Source: a virus
Taxonomy: Duplodnaviria; Caudoviricetes
Strand: one strand, 5' to 3'
Length of the DNA: 64,000 nucleotides
Virus record (IMG/VR): IMGVR_UViG_3300013121_000046
Shown: positions 55,405 through 64,000 of the stretch, in pieces
Position numbering within the stretch: position 1 is the stretch's first letter
Layout: every line of letters starts with the position of its first letter
The notes under the pieces: model-generated
What the model saw: only the letters and a program-made list of their open reading frames with translations
Databases searched by the model: none
Told to the model about the DNA's origin: nothing
Made by a program: the position numbers and the translations under genes

Positions 55405-56182
55405 TACCAAATTCCTTTTGTACTACCGTGTCTCCCCAGAATTTACCACCTGTGACAGTCAATCTTATCGAGGAATCTCCCGCAACCAATAACTCCTCCC
55501 GAAGCACCTGAAACAACTCATCTGTAGTGTCGGAAACTTGAAGCAGCACTCCCCGAGGCAATACGGCAAGGATTCTTCCCCGTAAACGCTTAAAATTTTC
55601 TGAGTGCCACAAGTTCAAAATTCCGGAGTAACAAACTCCGCCAATATCCTTGGAAGGTTGCGGGAGTATCTCTACAATACCAAGGTGGGAAGAAATTCCG
55701 GAGAATATTTTCCCACCCTCAAATCCCAAGAATTCACACATCAGGATATTTTGATCGGGAATTCGGATCAGAGGCCAAAGATGCGATTTCCAGAAAAAAA
55801 CAGCACTAGCCGGACATTCTCCGAGGGAATCTAAGGAGCGAATAACTGCCCTAACCTCCCGTAGCTGTATGGTTAGATTTCGCAGAGACCAAAGCTCAGC
55901 CATAGCTGAGGAGGCTACATTCGGTAACTGCTCAGGTAGCACCAGCCTCCCTGAGACCGTTCTAGGGAGTATAACCCCAGCCTCTTGCGTCAGTTTCTCC
56001 CAACTCTCGATACTCAGGGGATTTAGATATCGACCCTGACTCTGAGCCAATCGGCTACTTCCCTCAGCAAGGTTCTTGGCTAATTTAGTATCTAGCTGAG
56101 CCCCAAAATGCAAAGAACACCTCAATTTTTGACGATTGAGGTGTTCCAGAATGTGCCGAATTTGACCCAGTACTGAGGTCAA
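55397..56182 (-). CDS. degenerate family-A DNA polymerase-like protein (thumb + palm remnant)
   Basis: LNPLS..WEKL, LPRTVSGR, LWSLR.L, RILAVL..GVLLQV, IRLTVTGGKFWGD parallel PolA motifs; catalytic Asp residues absent. Confidence 0.55.
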   Translation of the reverse strand: MTSVLGQIRHILEHLNRQKLRCSLHFGAQLDTKLAKNLAEGSSRLAQSQGRYLNPLSIESWEKLTQEAGVILPRTVSGRLVLPEQLPNVASSAMAELWSLRNLTIQLREVRAVIRSLDSLGECPASAVFFWKSHLWPLIRIPDQNILMCEFLGFEGGKIFSGISSHLGIVEILPQPSKDIGGVCYSGILNLWHSENFKRLRGRILAVLPRGVLLQVSDTTDELFQVLREELLVAGDSSIRLTVTGGKFWGDTVVQKEFGNV

Positions 56183-56796
56183 TACCTCTTCAGAGTCACG
56201 GTCTGATTGAAGCCCATCTCGGTCAGCGACAGGGCCGCTTCGGGATTTTTCCAAACCCATTTAGCGAGATCCTTCTTCGCCGTAATACTCCGAGTGTAGG
56301 AGAAAATCTCCTGAAATCGCTCTTGACCCAATGCGGTGGCTAACTCGGCCACCAGCTTCAAAAGGGCTGTCTCATCTTCCAACAGAGGGGGCTTAACCGT
56401 GAGAGAGGAAACCTCACAAAAAAATTCTGAATACGCTTCCTCACCCACCGCCTCAACCAAGGCTTCCCTCTGATTCTCCCCCATTACGGGGTACCGAGCC
56501 TGAAACTGAACCTGAGCCTTTTCCCCATTTGGGGTTAGCAGGTCTACGGTTCGACAATACTCCTCTTGCTTATCCCGAAATACTTCTGCGAGCATCTTCA
56601 CCGGCGGCTTGGTTTTCTCACAAGCAGTATTAGCAGTCTTCAGCTTTTTATCCGCTGCCAAAAATTGATTCACAACCGCTAACTGCTTGTCGGACAAATC
56701 AGAAACTACCAGGGTCTCAGAGACTTCCTTTTCTACTGCGGCATCCTCTTTTACAGAGTTGAGCAACTTCGCAGCTTTTGCAAGAGAGACCGCCAT
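56179..56796 (-). CDS. hypothetical protein
   Basis: 205 aa, AGGAGG RBS, promoter motif at 56841-56855. Confidence 0.75.
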   Translation of the reverse strand: MAVSLAKAAKLLNSVKEDAAVEKEVSETLVVSDLSDKQLAVVNQFLAADKKLKTANTACEKTKPPVKMLAEVFRDKQEEYCRTVDLLTPNGEKAQVQFQARYPVMGENQREALVEAVGEEAYSEFFCEVSSLTVKPPLLEDETALLKLVAELATALGQERFQEIFSYTRSITAKKDLAKWVWKNPEAALSLTEMGFNQTVTLKRY

Positions 56797-57045
56797 GATA
56801 TCTTCCCTCCTATCCTGTTGGAGAATTTTTCTGCTAGGTTAATATACCCCAAAAATGTTTCTTCTGGTACCCCCTACCTAAAATTTTCTCTAGTTTTGGG
56901 TTGAATGACTAGATTCATCCCCCCCACTACTTGGGGGTGGATATATTGGATGGATAGCTGCGTCGTTGTCTCGCAGCCGGAGCAAAAAATCAAAAAGCAT
57001 CCTACCCATTTCCACATATCAAATCCTTTTTCGAGTCAAAGCTTC

Positions 57046-57264
57046 CTATCTAAAACCAACTGACTCCAAATACTTCTTAGCCTGAATACAGGCGCTAGTT
57101 CTACTCTGTTCCGGTGCTTCCAATAGTACCTTCTCACCACACATAGGACAGTATGCAACGACCTCTGAAACCATCGGTGCTGATTCTTCGAGTTGTCCTC
57201 CATGACAACTTGGGCAAGAAAAGATGTACACCTGTTTGACTTGAACTAATCGCCCAGCGACCAT
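57046..57264 (-). CDS. small Zn-ribbon protein
   Basis: CPSC ... CPMCG. Confidence 0.7.
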   Translation of the reverse strand: MVAGRLVQVKQVYIFSCPSCHGGQLEESAPMVSEVVAYCPMCGEKVLLEAPEQSRTSACIQAKKYLESVGFR

Positions 57265-57354
57265 AAAAATCTCCCATTAGACAGAGGACCTTGGGATCAT
57301 TCGCCCCCAATCTACCAGAGCCATCTACTACGAAGAGCCGAAATTTTGAACTCT

Positions 57355-58500
57355 TTAACAGCAATAGTAGAGCTTACTCTCTGCCCTAGTTACAGCAGTA
57401 TACCGCCACCTAATGGGATCCCAGGAATTTCTCTTTCTACCTAATTCGTCAAAAACTAATACAGACTTGAATGAATCTGCTTGCGCCTTATGACAGGTTA
57501 TTGCATAACCATAATCGCATTGAACCATCTCTTTTCCAACTTCATCCAAAGTCTTGGGGCTATTGAATTGCGCCTTCCAAAGGGGCAAATCACCAACTGC
57601 TACACCTAACTCATCCACAGCCTTAATTACCACAACTTCGTCATTCTCAAAAATTTTATCCTCGACAAACAATATCTGCCCATTATAAACCTGATAAGTA
57701 GAGTTATTTCTCAAGCAAACCAAACGTTCCCCAATGGAGACGGAGCCACTGAATCCTTTTGCCTTTCGTATTTCGTAATTGAACCTCTGCCTCGTTGTAT
57801 TATAGGCACAAATAATCTGGTCTACCTCTAAAGCTATTGATCGAATTCCACCAGAATATGGCAGAACCTTACTTGCCTCCAGTATCTTAATGTCTTGGGC
57901 TTTTCGCCATCGGTCTGGCTTAAACAAACCCCACCGAATTTCACAGGAGAGTTTTATGATCTCAGAGTCTTTTGCCTGACGAAAAATGGTCTCTAAGCGA
58001 AAGTCCGGATTTTCCATTAAGGAAACATGTTCACCGATAGGCTGAAGCTGTCCATGATCCCCTACATACAGTACGGGCCGATTGAAGGAAATTAAATCCT
58101 GATAATTCCTGCGGGAAATCATAGAGGCTTCGTCAACAATTATTCTTACATCCTCAGGAAGGTACGGAACCTTCACAAACACTGGTTCCCTTAACCGCTT
58201 AGTTTCCTCAGCATCTAAGTAATAAATTAGTTGATGGACTGTACTGGCCCGAAAGACACCTTTTCTTTTAAGCACTGACACAGCTTTCCCTGTATAGGCA
58301 ATAACCCGAACATCCCCTTCTATTTTTTTAAGCAAAGCCTTAATTACATGTGTCTTTCCGGTACCTGCATAACCCCCCAAAACAAACTGACTGTATTCAT
58401 TTTGTTTAGTCCTATCAAACCAATCCATTATCTCTGTCTGTGCGGCCATTTGAGCCTCAGACAATTCAATCTGTTCCGTTGGCCGAGACACCTCTTCCAT
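57355..58500 (-). CDS. SF1B RecD/Dda-like DNA helicase
   Basis: GYAGTGKT, AYTGKA, TVH, VDEASM, GDHGQLQP, IFRQ, YAITCHKAQ, YTAVTRA. Confidence 0.92.
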   Translation of the reverse strand: MEEVSRPTEQIELSEAQMAAQTEIMDWFDRTKQNEYSQFVLGGYAGTGKTHVIKALLKKIEGDVRVIAYTGKAVSVLKRKGVFRASTVHQLIYYLDAEETKRLREPVFVKVPYLPEDVRIIVDEASMISRRNYQDLISFNRPVLYVGDHGQLQPIGEHVSLMENPDFRLETIFRQAKDSEIIKLSCEIRWGLFKPDRWRKAQDIKILEASKVLPYSGGIRSIALEVDQIICAYNTTRQRFNYEIRKAKGFSGSVSIGERLVCLRNNSTYQVYNGQILFVEDKIFENDEVVVIKAVDELGVAVGDLPLWKAQFNSPKTLDEVGKEMVQCDYGYAITCHKAQADSFKSVLVFDELGRKRNSWDPIRWRYTAVTRAESKLYYCC

Positions 58501-58513
58501 CCTATCCCCCTAT

Positions 58514-58549
58514 AAAAAAACCTCGGAGAGACTGGAATCCCCCCGAGGT
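58514..58549 (-). terminator. intrinsic terminator
   Basis: ACCTCGG..CCGAGGT hairpin with T7 on minus strand. Confidence 0.7.
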
Positions 58550-58570
58550 CCTGTGGTTGAGTAAACTCAA

Positions 58571-59005
58571 CTATGGCGAAGTTTCACTCACGACTCGAAT
58601 ACCCAATTCCCCCGGATTCGGAGGGGGGATAGTGTCAGTCAGCACGCCGGAAAGTACCGAAGGAATTTTTGAACGATTCCCAGCGTCGTCGATGTAGACA
58701 AATGATAACTGGTACTTGGCTCCCTGCGGACCAGTTAAACCAGTTACCTCAGTCTGCTCGGGCGTAGTGGGGAATATCTGCTCTTCTCCAGTACCGATTT
58801 TAACCCTAAGTTCACCCCCAACAATATCCGATCCCGGAGCCCTAGGCACACTCACTTCAAAACCAAGTTGATCCATGTTTTCTCCCTTGACGGTTAAAGA
58901 AATACTAGTAGGGTTAGGCGTTCGGTAGGAGAACAACTTCTTTATTAGTCGTTCCAAATGATCCAATCTACTTCCTAGAGGGGGTGAGATATCTTTTTTA
59001 GGCAT
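58571..59005 (-). CDS. FN3/Ig-like domain protein (paralog of 22676-23200)
   Basis: LSFVYIDDAGNRS...LTDTIPP; second RBS+ATG at 58876. Confidence 0.75.
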   Translation of the reverse strand: MPKKDISPPLGSRLDHLERLIKKLFSYRTPNPTSISLTVKGENMDQLGFEVSVPRAPGSDIVGGELRVKIGTGEEQIFPTTPEQTEVTGLTGPQGAKYQLSFVYIDDAGNRSKIPSVLSGVLTDTIPPPNPGELGIRVVSETSP

Positions 59006-59067
59006 CTCAATCCTCCCAAGGCGGTAGGTTGGTAAATTTTTCCACCCTACTATTATACTGGATAGAT

Positions 59068-60348
59068 TCAGACCGCCACAGGAAAATACTTTCCGTATTT
59101 CAACTGCACCAAGATTTTAGCCAAAACAGCCTTAGTGCCCTTAGCGCACCCTCCCAGACTCAGCACGGCATTCTGCAATTCTTGCTTGCTAGCCTTTACC
59201 AACTGATCTTCCAAATCCTCAGGAGACTCCAAAATGGCTACCCTCTTCAGCAGGGTGGACTTGACCCCTCGGTATTCCCGATGCTGAGAAACCTTACCAT
59301 AGAGCAGAAAAACATCCCCAATCTTTTTGTTCTCGGGGATATCATAGGAAGAGAAGACATTCCCTTCAGGGGATTCAAAAAGGTAGATACACCCGAACGT
59401 TGTACCAAGGATCTTTTTCAGCGTGACTTGATTCAGAAGATTTTCCCCAAGGGTCCCCTGCCACTCACTCACAGAAACTACCGCAGCTTCCTGCTCAAAA
59501 TTGTAAGCGACCGGGATTGATACCGCCAGACCCATCTGCCGACAAGGTACCACTCCATTTTGTACCACCGTAGAGATATTGTGCTGATACTCATTTAGGG
59601 TCATCCGACTCTTCAACTCCATCGCCCAAGCTAGGATTTTTTCAGCCTGAGCATACTCAGTTGGATGAGTCTCACGAGTTATCGACTGACCTGTATAGCG
59701 ATCCCCCGAAGCAATACAGCATCGAACATCGCTCACCGTGGAATTTTCTTGGGTACTTTTCCGAAAACCATACCGAGAAATACTCAGCACAGCAACGGCC
59801 AAGACCTGCAAAATATCCCACCCAAGGTACTCTTGATTCCGGGACAACCCAGCAGGCTTCTGATTAAAGGTCTCCAAATCGTCGAGGAGGTCAAAAACTG
59901 AGAGGACTTTCTCAGGATCTGTGCCAGGAAGAAAATCCTTCACACATCCTGCCCCAATCTGCCGGTAACCTTCCTCGGGATTAAACACGATGTAGGAACT
60001 TTTCCGCCTACGGAGTGTATGGCAATGGTCACAGTTGTCCCCGGAACAGTGCCGGAACTTGGAAGGCAACTCCGCTATTCCGGGAGCCTTCCGTATGATA
60101 TTACCCTCTGGGGTATGGTCAACCTTTGCCTCAAAGGTCCAATTCTCTAACTTCAAGGGCTCAAATTCCACATCGAAGGGGGTCACTTCCACATACTCTG
60201 CTCCGGAACCGCTCTTAACCCAGCCCTTGGGCCCTTCCTTGACCGAGAACCGCAGGTCTAGCTTTTCGGCCTTTCGAGTCAAAGTAGCTACCAAACGGCG
60301 AAAAGCCAACAAATTCCCAGAGTAGATTTGGTAGGTGACCGTATTCAT
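59068..60348 (-). CDS. conserved phage protein with Zn-binding motif and OB-like C-terminus
   Basis: CDHCHTLRRR...QIGAGCVKDF; C-term V..HREYRGVKST; GGAG RBS before MNTV. Confidence 0.75.
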   Translation of the reverse strand: MNTVTYQIYSGNLLAFRRLVATLTRKAEKLDLRFSVKEGPKGWVKSGSGAEYVEVTPFDVEFEPLKLENWTFEAKVDHTPEGNIIRKAPGIAELPSKFRHCSGDNCDHCHTLRRRKSSYIVFNPEEGYRQIGAGCVKDFLPGTDPEKVLSVFDLLDDLETFNQKPAGLSRNQEYLGWDILQVLAVAVLSISRYGFRKSTQENSTVSDVRCCIASGDRYTGQSITRETHPTEYAQAEKILAWAMELKSRMTLNEYQHNISTVVQNGVVPCRQMGLAVSIPVAYNFEQEAAVVSVSEWQGTLGENLLNQVTLKKILGTTFGCIYLFESPEGNVFSSYDIPENKKIGDVFLLYGKVSQHREYRGVKSTLLKRVAILESPEDLEDQLVKASKQELQNAVLSLGGCAKGTKAVLAKILVQLKYGKYFPVAV

Positions 60349-60487
60349 TTTTCGCTCCAAAAAGAAAAATCGCCCTAACCCTGGAGTCACTAATCGCAGT
60401 TAGGCTGGACTTTTACCCTCAAAAGTTTGAGCAAGTACCTGATTATAGATTATATACCTCAAAAGTTGGAAGAAACACAAAAATAAT

Positions 60488-60532
60488 AAAAAAACCCACC
60501 ATACCCAGCTAAAGAGTGGGTATGGTGGGTTT
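60488..60532 (-). terminator. intrinsic terminator
   Basis: 16-bp arms AAACCCACCATACCCA/TGGGTATGGTGGGTTT with T run. Confidence 0.85.
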
Positions 60533-60548
60533 AGCTGTTAGAGATAAA

Positions 60549-60592
60549 GTTGACTATTCCGCCAAAACTGGTTGACTATTCCGCCAAAACTG
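60549..60592. repeat. 22-bp perfect tandem duplication at gene 3' end
   Basis: GTTGACTATTCCGCCAAAACTG x2. Confidence 0.9.
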
Positions 60593-61052
60593 TTTGTGAG
60601 ACTCCGGTGGCCTGGGGGGCCATTACGGTCACTGGGGGGGTGCTTGAAACCGGTACCGGCTCAGCGACAGCATCCGTAGCCACAGAGTCTGTAGGAGCCG
60701 GAGTATCCATCAGCAACCGTACATCTTTCGGGTGGGCTCGGTATTCAGAGCCGTCCGCCCGAGTCGCCAACACCCAATAATTACCACCGCGAGCCCGCTT
60801 CGCCCGGGAAATGGTATACTCGTGTCTTCGACAAGTGAAGGTTTGGCCAATCTCGAACCCGTCTCTCTTCAGCCACTCATCCACCAGACCCTGACGCACT
60901 GCCCGCACTGAAAATCGCACACCATCCTCACCACGAGACCCGGTAATACTACCGTCCAAAGTCAAACCAAACTCCGCCAACACCGGCCCAATTTGAGCCG
61001 CAATTTTCTGCGACAACTCCACCGCTTGCTGCAACGAGAGCATAGCTTCCAT
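60576..61052 (-). CDS. hypothetical protein
   Basis: GC-rich ORF, probable start MEAM after GGAG; low-complexity C-terminal tail. Confidence 0.7.
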   Translation of the reverse strand: MEAMLSLQQAVELSQKIAAQIGPVLAEFGLTLDGSITGSRGEDGVRFSVRAVRQGLVDEWLKRDGFEIGQTFTCRRHEYTISRAKRARGGNYWVLATRADGSEYRAHPKDVRLLMDTPAPTDSVATDAVAEPVPVSSTPPVTVMAPQATGVSQTVLAE

Positions 61053-61182
61053 CGGATTCTCCACACCAAAAAATAAGTTAAAAACCTCGGATTGTCCTCC
61101 AACCGAGATACACCCTATTATACCGTATTTTCGGTAGACCCAACTGGGAATTTTCCAAAAATTATCTTTTATCACCCCCCCA

Positions 61183-63864
61183 CTATGGGTTAGGTATTAC
61201 CCCCCGATAATGGATTCGCCGAAATAGGTCAAAGAAATCCAGGCTTCGAGCCCGCCAATCCCAGGATTGTATTCTCTTCTGCATGTTGGAGGTGAGTCTA
61301 TCAAAGTCCTCAATTGATGCCTGAATCGCAGAAAAGAAGGCCTCAACTGTTCGATCCACCAAATACCCATTTTCCCCTGGAACAATAAGTTCTGGCATAT
61401 TACCCACTGGAGTAGAGATAACCACACAACCGCAAGCAGCAGACTCTAAAGCGGGGTTGGGAGTACCTTCTGATTCAGAAGCGCAAACATATATCGTCCC
61501 AGAATTGTACCACTCTCGCATTTGAGCGGAAGTCAAAATATGTGGGGAGTGCGAGTCTACAAGCTTCAAATCAGTTTCTACCCCAATTTCCTTTAATCTC
61601 TCTGCCAAAGGCTTCAAAATTGATTTATATCCTTTCAACTCAGCATGGTAGATTGAACCGGTCCAAAGAACCTTGTGCTTTCTTCCTTGGGGTGGCCTAG
61701 TGCAATAAAATGTTGAAAGGTCTACACCATTTGCTAGGGGGACTGTGTTGTTAAGCTTTCCTGACCGCTCCCAACAGTCGAGATTGTTTATTACCACCAA
61801 ATCAGAAGAGTGAATACTTTGTTTAAGATACTCCATCCTTCTGCCATAACCTACATTATAGGAGGTAATAAGCTTTGCTTCTGGGTTTTTAGCCCTAATC
61901 GCGTCTCTTGCTCCAGGAGAATTGCCGTAAGGTAGGAGAAATACAACATCACTCGGGTAATTACCTACATCAGACCCAATGGTAACAAAAAAATCCTCGG
62001 GAGCGTACTTTTGCAGAGCCAAAGCTCGTTTATGGTAAGCCCACCCAGGTACATCATACACTATATGGAGTCTGATCTTATCCGAAGTCTTGAGGGGAGA
62101 ACCCCCTAAACTTTCTACGTATCGGTTTGGATTTCCATAAGTCTTGCGACTCAAATCTGCCAATTTACTAAGTTCAGAGTTAGACAATCTCATATACTTA
62201 GTAAGCAGATTATAATTCATCTTCACCGCCCAATCTTCTTCTGGATTACCTCGTGGGTGCCAAAGATGGTACAGCCCAGGATCTATACCCTTAAAGCTTG
62301 CCACTTTCCCAAGTCGAGTGATTTTCCAAAAGAAAGCATCATCCTCAGCCCCCCAGCCCTCAAATCGCTCATCAAAACCACCAACATGGTCAAAAAAGTC
62401 TCGTCGTATTAACAAGGAACCTCCATGCACATTCAAACTGGTATAGACCAAGGTGCAATTATATTTATCAGAGGGCCATTCTGTAGAAGTCTCTTCGTCT
62501 AAATAGTGGATTTTGCTCCAAGGTTTAACTGCATCAAAACCATTTATTCTTCGGAGACCCCAGGTTAAGTACTGAGAAGGGACACAAATATCATTGTCAT
62601 GCAGTAAAAGATACTCTGTCTTCGCCCTACGAGAACCTACATTAAATGCCCAACCCCGATTGTAGGGTCTATTCGAGTGACAAAATACGTAATCATCTAC
62701 TTGATCCGCTATATCTGCAACTTTCGGCGTCTCGTCCTGCTCAACCAGGACAACATAAACATCTTCTGTCTGGGACCATATATGTCTTAACACCTTCTCT
62801 AAGTTTCTTCTCCGAGGGCCCTCTCCCCGATGCCCAATAATAACCGTGACCTTAGCTTCTGTTGTTCTCTCCTTAGGGACTACTGCGGACATAAAAGTAA
62901 ATTCCTGGTCCGGGAACAGACTGTGTTGATTACGAAATCTTCTATATGAAGATTTCCCATGCGCTGGAATCCTTGAGCAACTTACATCACATTCTATTAG
63001 ACCCGATTGCCAGTTTGTTTGATCTTTTTTTTCTGCGTAGCTTTTTCTTATGCTACGTTCTACCGGAGTTTCTTGCAACCTATCTAAGGAGACTATCTCA
63101 CCAATAGTGGAAGCATCTAAAAAAAAGTACTCTTTACCCCACTTAAAATGCCTATATGCTCGCTGAATAAAAAGAGGTATGGCCTTATCTAACTCTATCT
63201 TTGGATCAAAGTATCCCACCTGTGAAAAAACTTCCCGGGTACCCCATAAACATGGGAGGGAGGCCACTTCGGTGCTCGTTGAATAGCTACCCCCACTTAC
63301 TACTTTCTCTGACCCTAAAGCAGTTCCAAAAAGACCTATCCCAGTCTCTCGATAACTTTCCCGAATACTCCTTCGCCACCCAGGATTCAAAAAAACTGAT
63401 CCTGAAGATATGAATAGTATCTCAGATAGTGCAGTCTCACCTAAAAAATACTTTACACCCCGGTTCCAATTTATGCTCCCCCCTTGACTTGGGCCACTTA
63501 TGCAAGTTACAGCTAGAGCTTGATTCTTTACTAAAGATTTCTGAATGTCAGAAATCTTAGAGACTTCTGTGGGATTGCTCTGATCTAAAACTAAAGTCAG
63601 AGCTAGTTTACTCAGATCCACATCTGCTAAACAGTCAAGAAGGGTATCCACCGTCCCCCTAATATTTACAAGCTCTCGACCACAAATGACTACCAGTAGC
63701 TTGGGGAACTCCTGGATAGGGCTGATTGCCGGAGCCGTTGGAACACTGACAAAAGTTGGTTTGACCGGAGTAAAAATTTCCGGTGGGATTCTTCGGGCCT
63801 CAATGGGGAGTTTTGTCTGCGGGATGCGAGATCGAGACTTAGGATATTCACTAGGTTTCCTCAT
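61183..63864 (-). CDS. tri-modular glycosyltransferase (degenerate GT2 + GT2/GT7C + GT4)
   Basis: VLVEQD, LLHDND, GGFDERFEGWGAEDD, HLWH; C-term NGVD, SESEGTPNPALESAACG, TPVG. Confidence 0.9.
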   Translation of the reverse strand: MRKPSEYPKSRSRIPQTKLPIEARRIPPEIFTPVKPTFVSVPTAPAISPIQEFPKLLVVICGRELVNIRGTVDTLLDCLADVDLSKLALTLVLDQSNPTEVSKISDIQKSLVKNQALAVTCISGPSQGGSINWNRGVKYFLGETALSEILFISSGSVFLNPGWRRSIRESYRETGIGLFGTALGSEKVVSGGSYSTSTEVASLPCLWGTREVFSQVGYFDPKIELDKAIPLFIQRAYRHFKWGKEYFFLDASTIGEIVSLDRLQETPVERSIRKSYAEKKDQTNWQSGLIECDVSCSRIPAHGKSSYRRFRNQHSLFPDQEFTFMSAVVPKERTTEAKVTVIIGHRGEGPRRRNLEKVLRHIWSQTEDVYVVLVEQDETPKVADIADQVDDYVFCHSNRPYNRGWAFNVGSRRAKTEYLLLHDNDICVPSQYLTWGLRRINGFDAVKPWSKIHYLDEETSTEWPSDKYNCTLVYTSLNVHGGSLLIRRDFFDHVGGFDERFEGWGAEDDAFFWKITRLGKVASFKGIDPGLYHLWHPRGNPEEDWAVKMNYNLLTKYMRLSNSELSKLADLSRKTYGNPNRYVESLGGSPLKTSDKIRLHIVYDVPGWAYHKRALALQKYAPEDFFVTIGSDVGNYPSDVVFLLPYGNSPGARDAIRAKNPEAKLITSYNVGYGRRMEYLKQSIHSSDLVVINNLDCWERSGKLNNTVPLANGVDLSTFYCTRPPQGRKHKVLWTGSIYHAELKGYKSILKPLAERLKEIGVETDLKLVDSHSPHILTSAQMREWYNSGTIYVCASESEGTPNPALESAACGCVVISTPVGNMPELIVPGENGYLVDRTVEAFFSAIQASIEDFDRLTSNMQKRIQSWDWRARSLDFFDLFRRIHYRGVIPNP

Positions 63865-64000
63865 GTCTGACTCAAAACTAAAACCTGACCTTGAGGTTTT
63901 TCTCCCACTCGTAGTGCCACACGAATCAGCTTTGCCAACACTCTAAAATTTTCTTTACTTTCCATATCCAAAACAATGTCTCCAGGTCTCGCGAAACGAC

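Overview
This 64-kb window looks like part of a large (jumbo-type) bacteriophage genome. Essentially all credible genes are on the minus strand; standard genetic code. In transcription order (right to left): a tri-modular glycosyltransferase; a replication/recombination block (RecD/Dda-like helicase, degenerate PolA-like protein, GroES, probable SSB, RuvC-like resolvase, free-standing degenerate intein/LAGLIDADG protein, RecA, DUF6065, N-terminal-half Rad50/SbcC, Mre11/SbcD, degenerate Cas4/AddB-like nuclease); a methyltransferase plus two glycosyltransferases next to large beta-solenoid/beta-helix virion-like proteins; an RNA-rich region (tRNA-Thr, -Pro, -Phe, -Val, a complete tmRNA with tag AETFALAA, two paralogous candidate small structured RNAs at ~31.3-31.9 kb, and a ~690-nt densely base-paired candidate ncRNA at 17.18-17.87 kb); accessory genes (cold-shock proteins, AAA ATPases including BCS1-like, M28 peptidase, alpha/beta hydrolase); and a >13-kb tandem array of ~36 small (74-171 aa) paralogous proteins with a shared N-terminal Y-x-x-x-D-L-x-x-L-x-x-K-L helix and hypervariable bodies, including a recent five-copy amplification. 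A recurrent TTTT-N-GGGTATA(C/T) promoter-like motif precedes many units. The tmRNA tag and one small DNA-binding protein hint at a Planctomycetota host (inference). All calls come from reading motifs by eye; no searches were run.
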